Shown here piece after piece: positions 24,771 through 37,647 of a stretch of DNA of 64,000 bases. Numbering within the stretch: position 1 is the first letter of the stretch; each line of letters opens with the position of its first letter. Origin of the DNA: Glaucostegus cemiculus (Eukaryota); assembly GCA_976551045.1 (NCBI GenBank), contig CDPCPM010000026.1:21700001-21764000 (forward strand), given 5' to 3'. A model generated the notes under the pieces. It saw nothing but the letters and a program-made list of their open reading frames with translations, made no database searches and had not been told where the DNA came from. A program made the position numbers and the translations under genes.

Positions 24771-25604
24771 TAATCATAATATTGCTGAGCAGATTAGGAG
24801 AAAAAATATTTTTCCCTGACTAATGAATGTTTATGTATAAAGAGATTCTGAAAGCATAAATTACATTAAGATGTAACATTTGACAGTAACATTTATTCAC
24901 TTGGCAGAGAAAGAATGCATGTACAGCATTCTTTCCCAAACATTAGTTCCCACTGCATCCTTGCAAATAAGATAGCATTTCAGCAAGCACCTGATCTGGA
25001 GGAGAGTAGCTGTGGGGAACTAGCCTGGGATCAGAAAGACTTAAAGACCTCCACAAAGTGTTAAGACAATTCTTCATGGGTTTTACTACGAATGAGCCTG
25101 CGTTGACCACAATCTCAAGAGCAATTAAAAGTGACCCTAGTGGATTAAGATGAGACTTTTCAAGATGTTGCAGTTCAAGTTTGTAATGTTTGCATTTCAG
25201 ATGAGAGGATATTAACAGTTAAAAATTGAAATAAATGCATAGACCATTGGATGGTTAGTTCTAATTTTTACTCCAATCATCCCAGTTGTCATTTTATTTT
25301 ATCTTTGGGCGGATCAGGGCAAAAACAAAACCTGCTGCATGACAAAGGGTGAAGTAGACAAAATCCAATTCTATGTTTTGGGGTAGTTTTTTATTGTTGT
25401 GTAATTGGTAAAAGAGTATATTTAACAACAGGAACAATACCCAGTGAGGTCATAGAAAGCTTTGCTGAGATTTAAAAACAAATCTGACATAAATCAAATG
25501 ATCCTTGTTACATTGGACACAAGAAATTTTGGCTTGTATGAAATTGGAAAGATTTCTCATGTACAGATGAGACCATGTTGTTCTCCAAGCTTATGGCACA
25601 CAAC

Positions 25605-25755
25605 GTTATTTAAATGCAGGTTGCCTTTATGATCACAGAATGTGAAGGCAAATTCCAAAAGCTTAAAATAATAACTGTGTCTGTAGGTCAACACCATGCA
25701 GAAAAAAGTTCGTAAACTAAAGGGCAATTTGTTCATTGCAGAGGCCTTCAAACAT
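25605..25755 (-). mobile_element. Decayed SacSINE1-type 3' fragment
   Basis: TTATTTAAATGC...GCCTTTATGA...CAATTTGTTCATTGCAGAGGCCTTCAAACA resembles the reverse complement of the 3' region. Confidence 0.45.
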
Positions 25756-28700
25756 TAGGGAGAAATCAGGTTTACAACACTGATATTTCATACAAAATGC
25801 AGGTCATTTATCATTATCATCAAAATGAAAATTAGATTGGTGCAATGCTTAGAAAAGACTGTCTAGCTTAATATAATCTTTTTACTAAATATGAAATTAG
25901 TTTCAAGGACACTATTTGGCAACACAGAATGAATGGCTCCGAGTGTTTAGGAGACAAAAGATCCCAGCAGCACAAGCAGCACTTCATTAATTTTGAGGGT
26001 ATGACTATTGGTTGTGCGGCCTCTATCTAATCTTTCCAAAATCATCAGTGATATATCATCTTCCCGGGGGAGAGGGGCGTTCCCATTTAGCCTCCTTCCT
26101 GGTAATGAGTAGCAGAAATGGCAACTGGTTAGCTAAATTCATAACCACTGATTCTTTTTGAAATCATCACACACAGCACATAATCCAGCACAGCAGATTC
26201 CACACATGCTTCCCTTCTTTCCTTGGGATTTTCATGTCCCAAAACAGGTACATGAAGCACTGAAAAATGTAAGTAAATTAATCAGCAGCCGCAAATCCAT
26301 TTGACCTAAATTAAATAGTAACTTGCATTTCCCCACAGATGTAATGCCCGGGTGGCCTGGGGAAATACAACAGGGAGAGTGTCATGAAATACAATCAGGA
26401 AAAGAGCACAAGCTCAGATCATCTGCACCCATCCATTGGCATTTGACTCATCAGACATCCACTGAGACCTGGGAGCAAATGTCTCTATTGCTCAATTGGT
26501 TTGAAGCTGAGAGGAGAAAAAGAAAAATGTGTGTGGAATTAAAATAAATAACTTTTCTGAACTACCAGGAAATAAATGGAAACACTGACACAAAAGCTGA
26601 AGGTCTGAAATAAAAGAACAGTTTGAAATGCACTGCAATTCTGGCAAAAAAAGAAAACAAAAAAGAATGTATGCCATTGTTTCTGGTGAAATGCCTCCAC
26701 CAGAAATGAGTGTCCTTTTCCCAGATACTGATAAACTCTGGTGTATCTCAATCATTTTCTGTGTGTATTTGAGTTAAATAAAACAGTAGCAATAAATATT
26801 AAGGCAACTTTCATACAGGCTTATATGCCTCCCAAAAGAAGAAGAAATATCCTTCCCCAAATGTCATCAGTGTCATTCTACATCAAATAGGCTGGAATCT
26901 CTGGATGTCATTTGATCCAAACTGTGAGAATGCAAATTACTATTGGCTCCTCAATAAGAATCTACAATGTACAAAGTATTTACTTGAGCTATGCTGGTTT
27001 TTTTGTCTACTCAATAGAACATTATTGACATCACAATAATGCTGTAATCCAACACAACTAATGCTAACTCCTTTTTCTTCTGGAGCACTTACATCTCTTA
27101 CTGAGTAGGCCATTTTTCCTCTAACAATTTACAGTTAAAAGATTGAAGGTTATTTCCCCTCTCCCATGGTCAACTGGCAGCTTTAATTGTTAATTTATCT
27201 TCATTTTTATTGGTTAAAAATCAATAATGTAAAACATAGCCCAAGAATTCAGTACTTTTAATATCTTAATTATACATGCTCAGACAGATTGATAATTTGC
27301 AATGTATTTAAAAGAAGTAAGAGAATTGCATCCTTCACATGTTATCAAGTGAGCAGAACTCAGTCACTGACACATGAGCACCATAACTATAAAAAAAGAT
27401 TAACTATGTTTGTGAAGGAACAGCTACAGTTCAGTCCTTACACAATTCTGTTTAATGGTTAGATAGTGTTGCACGGAACAGAGCTCTACTTCCCGTCACA
27501 AACTTGCTTGGAGTGCAGCTGGGAAACAGGACACATCATGTTATACATTTTAACCTAAGGAACACCAAAGAAAAAAAGGGAAAAAATAACTGTGGGATTA
27601 ACACTTTGATCTTATTTAAGAGTCTCATGTTCACTTTCCACTGAACGTGAAGAAGGCCTTACATTTATTCTTCAAATACTGTGATAAATTAACACAACTG
27701 AAGATTGCAATGCATTGGTTTGACTTTACAAACTCTTTGTGGTTGTGCAAAAAGGTCATTTCGGTCAAGGTTTTGCACACTAGATGCATGTATTTGTTTT
27801 CACATTATTCCAAGGCCTGCTATCATTCACACCCTGTATAAAGCCAGCAACAGGGCCTTCTCTGTGCTCCCTGACAGATACTAATGGTTGTTGGCCTCTG
27901 ACTCTGTAACCAAACTGCTTGCTCTGCATTCCTGACATTAATGAAGACTTTTACTGAAAAGTCTGTACCTCTACTATGTAAACAAAATGACTTAAACCTC
28001 CTCCTGTAATGTTATTTAAATACAATACTGCCAAGATATAAACATCTTTTGTAATGGTCATTAAACTTGGGCTACTAAAATATGGGAGACTAATATGGCC
28101 TAAATGCACCCCTCAAGACAATATATCAGGCAGGATTTCAGGGCTTTTTCAATATGGTTAACATTTCAGCATTGGTTTAATATATTTAAAAAGTAGACAA
28201 TTGCTCATCAGTATGCAACTTGAAAATAGTTATCCCATGGTTAAGCCTGTTATTATGTAATAGTCAGTTACAAAATGTCAAAAGATCACTTAATAATGAA
28301 AGGGTGCATTCATTTTGTAAAGCAAATCGTTCTTCAAGATAGCAAAGTTAGAAGATACAGTTCAACCCCATACTCGCTGCATTGTAAACAGAGTGCTTTT
28401 CCTTTTAGGGTAGTGATAGGGGTATAAATGCATGAAAGGATGTGTATTACAAGCAGTAGAATTATCCTGCTCATTGATTTTGGCTCTGGGGTATTACAGA
28501 GAGCTTACTCCCGACTTTTAAACCTAAACGAGACTTTAAAGGCTTATCCACAAAAGAATCTATTAAATACAGCACATTTGAACCTTGAGTGTGAGCATTT
28601 AAAGATACCATCTTTTGTGATCAAACCACACATTAACATTACTGCTCCCACTTTCACCAGAATAGATCAATGTACACTTAGATTTGCTCTAAAGCAAGCC

Positions 28701-29399
28701 TACCTTATACCCCTATTCCATTAATTATACAATGACTCACAATTTGTCGACAGAAAAAATTGTTTGCAATGGACTATATCTGCTAAATGAGTACAAGTGT
28801 GCTAATGCCATTTTTGTGCAAAATACAAACTCATCAGTAGCGTTTTTCAAATCTATACCTTCACCACTGCAATCTTATCTCTACAAAACAGTAACAGATA
28901 GTAACCTTGGAACTCATTATAAACTGGAAGTGTTTACTGGGAATATTTTGACCTGAATTTCACTGCAATATAATGAAACATTCATGACACAAAATAAGAG
29001 CAAGCATTTAAACACATTTTCTCTCCTGATGTCCTCACTTTTATTCACAGGAATATATTGATATCTAAAATGGCATTCCATGAGTAAAACATGGGTAATG
29101 ATAGGACATTATTAACATGCAGCATTGGAGTGGTATTGGCAGTCACTCAGGCAAGTTTTCAGACTGCTGTGGTCAATGTTAATGTTGCATAGTTCAGTAC
29201 GCTTACAAAATTCAAAGAATGTAAGTAATTCCTTAAAAAAGAGAATTTTGCCATGATTTTCAAAATATCATGGGTACAAAATTCACATATTTGCAGCATA
29301 CATTCTGCAAGAGTAATAAAACATACGTATAAAGATCTTCATTTATCAGCCATCTGATTTTGTCAGAACTACTTCTTCAATAGCTATTTCTTCATGATA

Positions 29400-29600
29400 A
29401 CATTTTCAGCTCTAGCGCTCCCTCCCTCAGTTTTTGCATCACTTTCTCCTTAAAGATAACCCTAAAAACCTGCTTCAGACCAAACTTCACATCACCATTT
29501 CTAATAATACTATCTCTGGCTCAGTGTCAACTTTTATCCAATTATTCTTCTGCTATGTGCCTTGGGACAACATCCTACTAAATAAATATGAATGTGCTAA
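29400..29600 (+). mobile_element. L2 LINE 3' end
   Basis: CTCCCTCCCTC...TCCTTAAAGA...CTAAAAACCTGCTTCAGACCAA...TGGCTCAGTGTCAA...GTGCCTTGGGAC matches the L2-type 3' terminus. Confidence 0.65.
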
Positions 29601-31234
29601 TATTAAAAAGTAATGCCATGGGCAATTATTCTATGTCTTTATATTTGCAATGTAATATTATTGGTTGCTTGTAACATTTTCTATACTGCCATAAAAATTC
29701 TAGGTCAGTCCAATCTTAAAGAAGATTTGTATGTAAAAGGAAATGTTCTCCCTTTTATAAATGCTACCTCCATAACAAAAGCGGCATATAATTAGCCATT
29801 AATACTGAGATTTGAATTTGGATCTCCACTCAAAGTAGATTTGGACACAGCAAAGGCACACCAAGCCCACTCGATCATGTGTCTGAGGTCATGCCAAAGC
29901 CAGAAGAGTGGTTACTTGCAACCTGCACTACTTAGACAATGGACTGTAAAATGTCCTTATGGAATTATATATTTTAGTTGGAGTCCCAGACTCCCTGGAT
30001 ATATGCTGTAGCACAGGAGGACAAAATCACTAATTGTCAACATATATTCATGCCCACATGATGAGTTCCGACGCCCTTCCTCAGAGAAAAATGTCACTTA
30101 GGTCTTGCTGTAAGGTTCAGAACAGGAATTGGGGCCAATATTTCCTGCTTCAGGTGTTAAACTCAGTCATATTGCTAATGGTACACCATGCAAACATTTT
30201 GTCAACACATCTGCTTTCTTTGAAGGGTGATACACAACATTAATGTATTTCAAGGAAGGATTCCTCCTTTTCTCAGCTTTTGAGAAAAGGTCACTTCAAA
30301 GGTTGACAAAATTGTTACACATTGCTTAGAATAAAAAGTTCTTGAAAATTATATCACCCAATCCACTCCTGATACCTTGCCCTGCAATGCATTGACAACG
30401 GCATGCATATGCATTTGTTAAAACTACTACAGAGTATCCGGAATGGGCTGAAAGCAAGTAATCCATCTTGTTGCTGTCCTAGTTCTGTGCAGAGCTCATT
30501 CTACAAGAGGCTTTTCAAATTCTTCCTGATGACAGAAGTCTTGCAAGAATAAGTAGCTTTTGAAGATCTCTTAGACTTACAAGATTTTTTTGCACCCACA
30601 CAGCAGTGATTTAAAAGGCCCACAGGCATTGCCTTGAAAAGTGGAGGTCAGCTGCTGATTTAAAAGCCTGGGGTTTCCATAATTTTAACTGGAAGGTGTC
30701 CAAAGTCCTGGTGTTCTTAGAAGTTTGACTTCTTTAGAAAAGTCTGTGTCCAACTCAAAACCCCGATAGAAAGACAGAAAATAGTGATTTTTTTTCTCTC
30801 TTAAAAGAGAACTTTTACATAATTTTAGCAGACGAACCGAATAACAAAAAGGAGTGGTGGGAGGGAATGAAGTGGGCCTCACTGAAGGTTACAAAGATGA
30901 AAATGTAATCACCTATAGCATCTGTGTGACGAGGACTATGGATACTGACGAAGACCTGCTATTTTGTGTAAAATGTATTAGTTTTGCAGTTCAGCTTCAG
31001 TTTCAAAACTGTCCACTTTAAAATGCAAATTCAGCACTTGCTAAAATATGTGCCCTGATGCCCTGACATTTAAGCACAGAATTGTGTTTTGCAACTGCGG
31101 ATTTATTGCACGTGAGCCACAGGACAAAAAAAGAGTCGAGTTAATGAATGCTATAACACTTCAATAAAAAAAATTAAACAACATTTACTCTTACAAACTT
31201 CAGTCCAGGCCAAACTATATGCAATAAACAAAGT

Positions 31235-31355
31235 AGAGACACAAGATGTTGGAATCCAGAGCAAAAATACAAATTGCTGGAGGAACTCAGAGGGTCAAGC
31301 AGCATCTGTGGAGGCAAAGGGATGGTCACCATTTTGGGTTGAGACACTGCATCTG
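31235..31355. mobile_element. One arm of a Penelope pseudo-LTR-like element (GACACAAGA subfamily)
   Basis: GACACAAGATGTTGGAATCCAGAGC...TGCTGGAGGAACTCAG...AGCAGCATCTGTGGAGG...TTTTGGGTTGAGACACTGCATC; similar to 7190 and to the reverse of 44780-44910. Confidence 0.8.
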
Positions 31356-32654
31356 TAAACAAAATGCTGCTTAAATGTGGTTTTTTTAAACGTCATCCTT
31401 CTTTGCATCTTCTGTCAGTGAATTTTAGCTCTAACTGATGAAACAAAGGGTCTGATCATCTTTGTGAGCTTGAATACTTTCTCCAATCTTCTGCTGGTGA
31501 TGAGTTTCAGCTCTGTCCAGTCCTGTGTTGAAGAAGCTGGAACTGACCTGGATCCAAGCCTGTTCCAACGGACTCCAGTTCCAAAAGGCACAGAGAGAAT
31601 TTAAACCCTTCTGGCACGGGATTCTAGGTCTGACAATTTGCTGCACAGCTCACCAGTGAATATAGTTAGCTTGATCAATAAAGAATGTCCATATGTTTCA
31701 TTTTGTAAGTGAAGAACTACAGCACCAGAATCATAACATTACGAATGGAATTAAAACAAGATTCAACCCTTCAAATGAGTGGCATTACTTGCAACTTCTG
31801 AGGATATCACATTACTGACATGCAATAGATCCCTTGATAATTTAATATGACAAGAGAAGACCCTTTCGATCTAATTTACCATCACACAGGTACTTATACA
31901 TTGTGGGAGTGCAAATAAACTTTGATGATAATGCCCAATTAGAAGTTGCAGATAATCAATATGCAACGTATTAATAGTTCCACAATTTACTGACAGCCAC
32001 TTAACATTTCAACACAAATGGGTATATTGTAAATGACATCTGGTTTGGGAAATAAAAGTTCAACTTTAGATCAGAACAGTACCAGCCAGACCATGAATCA
32101 CACAATGCCACACACACTAAGTGCCAGTCATCCAACTGCAGTAAAGTGACAACAATTCTACACAGTAGAACCATGATTAGCTGTAGTTTGGAGCTTCTAA
32201 ACAAGAAGATGCAGCAATGACATTACTGAACACAGTCTAGCTCACCTGAACTTCCCTTCTCTCTGCACGATCCAGTTGAGGAATGGTATCGTCACCAGCC
32301 AAAGCATAAACTAATGAGCATCAATACCTAAAGACAACGTGTCACTGTAGCTACAGTCACAGTATGCATTGAGAAAGTCTCATTTGTTGCACCAAACCCA
32401 AAAACGTTTAATACTTGAAGACTCCAAATAGCTTGAGTTGTAGCATGCGTGAACACCTTTCACACAAAATAATGCTATTTTAGTTGTAACATTGTGTAAA
32501 CCTTTCCATTATCCATTGATCTCTTCCATGGTCACCTTTAATAAAGCTGACTAATTTGATTCAGCTTTTAATCACTAACTTGCAATATCCCCTTCTTTAG
32601 GTAATGAATTTTGCCTGATCAGAGCCCCACAAAATGCCTTAGACATACACACTA

Positions 32655-33797
32655 TAATCACAGAATGGTTGCAGCACAGAATGAGACTATATGGCCCATT
32701 GAATCTGTAGCACCAGTATCTAAGAGCAATTCAGTAGACCCACTCCCCCACCCTCTCCCAATACCTCTCAAATTCTTTCTTTTCACATACTTATCCAACT
32801 CCCTTTTTAATTTGCCTCCACTACTTCCCCCTCCAGATCATAACCATCCACCCTGTAAAAAAACAATTCCTCATGTAACCTTTAATTCTTTTGGCAATCA
32901 CTTTCATTATAGGTCCCTTGGTTCTTGACCCATCCACCAATGGGAAAGGATTCTCTCTACATACTCTCTCCGTACTCTTCAGGATTTTAAATTTTATCAA
33001 ATCAGATCTCCTCACGACCTCCTCTGTTCAAGTAAGAACTCAGCTTCTCCAGTATATCCAAATAATTCAGATCACTTATCCCTGGTGTCTAGAGCTGGAC
33101 ACAATATTCCAGTTATGGCCAAACCTGTGTTTTATTATAAATTACTTTGACTTCCTTGCTCTTGTACCATATGCTTCTATTTCTGACACCCAGAATCTTG
33201 TATATTTTTTAAACACTTTCTCAATTTACCACTTTTAGTGAACCATGCAATCTCTCAGCTTTTATACCCCTTTAAGAATTATACTCTTTAGCTTGTGTTG
33301 TCTCTTCTCAATCATTCTACCAAAATGTAACATGTGTTTCTCAGCATTAAATTTCATCTGGCACCTCTCCACCCATTCCACCAGCTTGTCTCTATCTCAG
33401 TGAAGTACTATCCTCTTCACAATTCAGTATACTTCCAAGTTTTGTGTTTGGAAATTTAGAAATTGTGTCCCGTACACTCAATTCCAAGGCATTAATGTAT
33501 ATTGAGTAGTGGTCCTAGTACTGACCCAGCAAACATTTCCACCAGTCTGAGAAAGAACCTCTCATTACCACTGTTACCTGCCACATACACTGAGTGCCAG
33601 ATATCCAGCTGCTCCAACTCCTTTAGTGCTATGACTTTCAACCTCAATGCCAAGCTTATTATATGGCACCTTATCAAACAGGCTTTGTAAGTGCATATAT
33701 GCCATATCTACTACATTTCCTTCAATGACCTTCTCTATTACTTCATCAAAAAATTCTATTGAGATGGATATGATTTGCCATCAACAGATCTATGCTG
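32655..33797 (-). mobile_element. CR1 LINE, 3' part (outer element, continues at 34425-35290)
   Basis: 3' tail AATCACAGAATGG...GGCCCATTG; RRSDLIK.KILK...RTKG...K (ORF 32821-33015); GSVLGPLL (ORF 33492-33677); YMHLQSLFDKVP (~33665-33700). Confidence 0.9.
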
Positions 33798-34424
33798 TTA
33801 TAGAGTCATAGAGTGACATAGCACAGAAACAGGCCCTTTGGCACAACTGGTCCATGCTAACCACAGCATCCTCCGTGCTAGTCCCAGTTGCCCACGTTCA
33901 GCCCATAACCCTCCAAGCCCCTCCTCTCCATGTACCTAATCAAATGCCTCTTAAATGTTGTAGTTGTACGTGCCTTAACTACTTCCTCTGGCAGCTCATG
34001 CCAGATACTCACTACCCTCTGTCTAAAGAAGTTACCTCTCAGGTCTCTTTTAAATCTCTCCCTTCTTATCTTGTGTCTGTGCCCTCTAGTTTTGGACTCC
34101 CCAACCCTGGGGAAAAAGACAATGACCGTCCACCTTATCCATACCCCTTATAATTTTATAAACTTCTGTGAGGCCACCCTATCCAAGTGATGGTAGACCT
34201 TGTCCCTCAGAATTTCCTCCAGTAACTTCCCTACAAATGAAGTCAGGCTCACCTGCCTGTAGTTCTCCGGCCTGTCCTTGCTGCCCTTCTTGAACAATGG
34301 AACAACATTAGCCACCCTCCAGTCTTCTGGAACTTTGCCAGTGGCTAATGACGAAGCAAACGTCTCTACAAGGACCTCTACGATTTCTTCCTTGGCCTCC
34401 CATAAGGTCCGGGGTTGCACTTGG
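33798..34424 (-). mobile_element. Younger CR1 nested in the outer CR1, with an internal deletion removing the RT core
   Basis: Tail ATAGAGTCATAGAG...CACAGAAACAGGCCC; clean PRTLWEAKEEI...VPEDWRVANVVPLFKKG...NYRQVSLTS (ORF 34148-34420) joined directly to C-terminal/3' sequence at ~34175. Confidence 0.92.
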
Positions 34425-35290
34425 GTGCACTCTAATCAAATGATACATTTCCAAGGGTCTCCTAACTCAATCCCTGATGATCGTTTCCATAAATTTCCCC
34501 ACCTCTGATGTTAATAAATTGGTCATCAAATATGGGTTTATCCTTGGATCCTTTTCAACACTTGCAATTTTCCTGAACTCAGACACAACTCTTGAATCTA
34601 CAGAAGTTTGGAAGCTTATAGTCAAGGCTTTTGCATTTTCCCTCCGTATTGACCTTGACAACCTGGGATTCATTCCCCCTGGACCAGGTGATTTATCTAA
34701 CTAGCTTTTCTAATACTTCCTCTTTATCAAATTTTAGCATTCACAATCTTCCCTACACCTGCCTTTGCTGAGACTCCAGCAACACCTTCCATGGTAAAGA
34801 CTGAAGTTGTGCAATCAATTGATACCATGTAATCTATTAAGACCCATGCTGCCATGAGATTGAGTGCAGCCTATTCATTTAGGACCTCAGCCTTGCCCTC
34901 TGCCCCTCTGAGTAGATATCCTTTTTGGTTTATTGTTGGCTGCATTTCACCTCTTACAGCCCCTTTTCTCTTTGTAGAATACGTTTGGACTCCCCTTTTA
35001 TGCTTGCTCTCCTTGCCTTGTTTATTTCCTTTTTAACTTCCGCTCTGACTTTTCTCTAATCAACCAGGTTCTTATTTCTGTGAACAACCTTGCATCTCTA
35101 TTGTGTGCTCTATTTTACTCTGTGCCTCTTTGTACATTAGGGAACTCTCCTCACCCTTCTCCACTTCAGGAAATTAACTAGACTGCAATGGAAACATCTC
35201 CACCTTAAAGGTCTTCCATTGTTCAGTTACTGTTTTGCCTGCCAAGCTTTGATTCCAATTTTCTCAGGCTTGATCTACTCTCATCCCAAT
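34425..35290 (-). mobile_element. Continuation of the outer CR1 ORF2
   Basis: DKSPGPGGMNPRL...ALTISFQTSVDSRVV...LTSEVGKFMETIIRD (ORF 34467-34673). Confidence 0.88.
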
Positions 35291-35359
35291 GACGTGATCA
35301 TACATTCCACCTCAAGCATCCCAATGCATGAATAAAATGCAACTCTGCTGCTATCTTGA

Positions 35360-35560
35360 AATATAATGCAGTCTACGACATCCCATGGAGCCATCCAATG
35401 CAGTTCAGCTCACGCATTGATACCCTGTGATGCAATATAACTCAACAAACCCATTATATCATGCAATACAATGCAGCCTATGCAATCAATTGATATCCTG
35501 TAATACAGCAAAATTTCTCAAACTCCATGTTACCACAAGACCAAGTGCAGCCTATTCGGC
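35360..35560. repeat. Degenerate minisatellite (~32-36 bp period, ~72-bp higher order)
   Basis: Recurrent ATGCAG/ATGCAA motifs; ATTGATACCCTGTGAT and ATTGATATCCTGTAAT about 72 nt apart. Confidence 0.55.
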
Positions 35561-36299
35561 CGTTCTACCACAACACTATATGGGTGAGGAAGGCCATACA
35601 TCATATAGGATTTTCTGCTCCCTGCTCTATCCAGGATTGTTAGTGATGAACAATGCCTTGATATCAGATGTAAAATTGACTTTTTTTTTAAAGATGAGTC
35701 CATGTCTACCCTTCACTCTGCCCTTGTGATATGTTATGAAAATTGTTTGGATTTACATTTACAATCACATTCAGAAATTGAACAGTGCAAAGAGAGAAAA
35801 CCTGCCTCAAACTCATCCAAGTAAAAAGTCAGTTAAGCTGTCCTAGCTTAATGTGGGCACCAAATACACTACCCCATGCACTGTGCCATGGGCTGAAGAA
35901 TATACTGACAGAGTATGCAGTCCGACAGTCAGTAGGAGCCCAGCACCATCCTGTATTATTTCTGTGGAACCAGGGAGAATGTTCCTGCTTCATCAAGTTC
36001 TATGAGAATATAAAATTGAAGGAAAGCACTGCACTGCGCCTAAGGCTGTTCAATGCCAGGGTAGGTGAAAGAAGTGAGCCTTACAATTGCAGTTTGGATC
36101 TTAACTATTTAAAAGCCATGATTTTCACAGAGCTGACACCTGAAAACAAGCAGGCACTTTGGTTATCCAAGGCAAAATCCCTTTCAAAATGGCAGCAAAC
36201 AAAGCTTTAGCTTTAATGGGGCTGTAAATCTACTGACCCAATTTTAAGGTCATCACCACCTCGTTAACACCGATTTTGATCAGTCGAAAATCACCTCAC

Positions 36300-36450
36300 A
36301 CCTCTCAGACACCTCCTTTCAAGTTCCAAGTCTCTCCAGCTTTAGCTCATAACCTTGACCTCTACCTAAAAGATCTAATGGCCTCTTCTTGTGCAGCCTC
36401 CAATGCCTGAATGATTCTCTTCAGCTTCAGGAATGGTCACAGTGCTCTAA
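36300..36450 (-). mobile_element. Very old CR1 ORF2 C-terminal fragment
   Basis: Minus strand IQALEAAQ(E/R)..A resembles the CR1 motif ALERVQRRA. Confidence 0.45.
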
Positions 36451-37647
36451 GTGTGGACTGACCTACACTCTGTACACTCTGATCATGATTTCTTCTTACT
36501 TCTGTTCTATCATTTTGCCTACAATAGCTCACTTATTCCATTGACTTTATTGATTGCCTGTCTACAGAAGTTGGAAACACTGAACATCGATTCTACTAAA
36601 ATTTATATCAATTGTTTTTCATCTGGATGTAATGAATTTTGCAAACAGAACTTCAACAATACATGTAGTAGCAATCTATGAATTATATAGGCCAAGAAAT
36701 ATGAAATAATTTTAGCATAAGACTTTAAGTTACCAATCTTATTTGCTGTCTGTTGGCTTCGCTGCATGAAAACAACCTACCATGTTTGTCTATAACTCTG
36801 AACCATGACAACATTTTGAAAGCACTGTAGGATTTCAAAGGAACTGGGTTTTAAATAAATTCATTTCCCCTTTAAACCAAATACAGGTAATACCACATTT
36901 ATTGCCAGCGCTCTTCTAGCTGAGAGTGCAACCATGAGGCGCCACTGATTTTCCATTTGGCCCCCACCTTATCCTGTTCTAGCTTCTTAATCATTTATAG
37001 TGGAGACAGATTTCAAGAACATGATCATATTTTCTCCTTCACCATACAATAAAGTGCTCTAGTGTTAGCAGTTCTGGTCTTTAGCCATATCCTCATTCTG
37101 AAAACTCCCATCTGACCCCAGGTTATCCATCTCCCTTGTATCTGGAGTCCTCACATTACCTCAGGGTTGCCACTTCCTTCTCTATTCACATACCTTTTGT
37201 TTCTTTAATATCAGAGTGCTTCTGCCTTTGGTGCAACTAAATCTTTCCACAAACAATTCTTGTACATTGGTTTTGCAGTCACATTTTTTTCCTCTGACTG
37301 TACTGATATATACATTCACTAGTTATTTCTGAAGCAAGCAAGGCTATGTATCCAAATGCAGGTAATAAATGATGTGACAAATTCCAACATTTTCTAATGC
37401 GATACACAAATATAAGAAAATTCCTCAGCACCATTAAGAGGGTGTTAAAGAATTACCGCATGATTAAAAGAACAAAAGCAGGCCTGCTGTTGCAAAATTC
37501 AGTGGTGCTCAAGGTGCTACTGGAGAATGTGACAACTCCAGGACTAGGCTAGAGAGGAGTGGTGGTCAAGGCGTCCCAGAGATTGAGGCCTGATGAAGGA
37601 CAGGGGCTTGCTTGGAGTTCAGGGTTGGGAGGGTGATGCTGTAGAAA

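Noticed and set aside
24909-24935. 10-bp stem GAAAGAATGC/GCATTCTTTC; similar hairpin at 30266-30290
   Set aside because: Isolated short palindromes are expected by chance or local template switching; bacterial-type terminators are not relevant in this genome
35785-36210. Longest ORF in the track (141 aa)
   Set aside because: GTG start, no recognisable domain, no exon boundaries; within chance length for 64 kb
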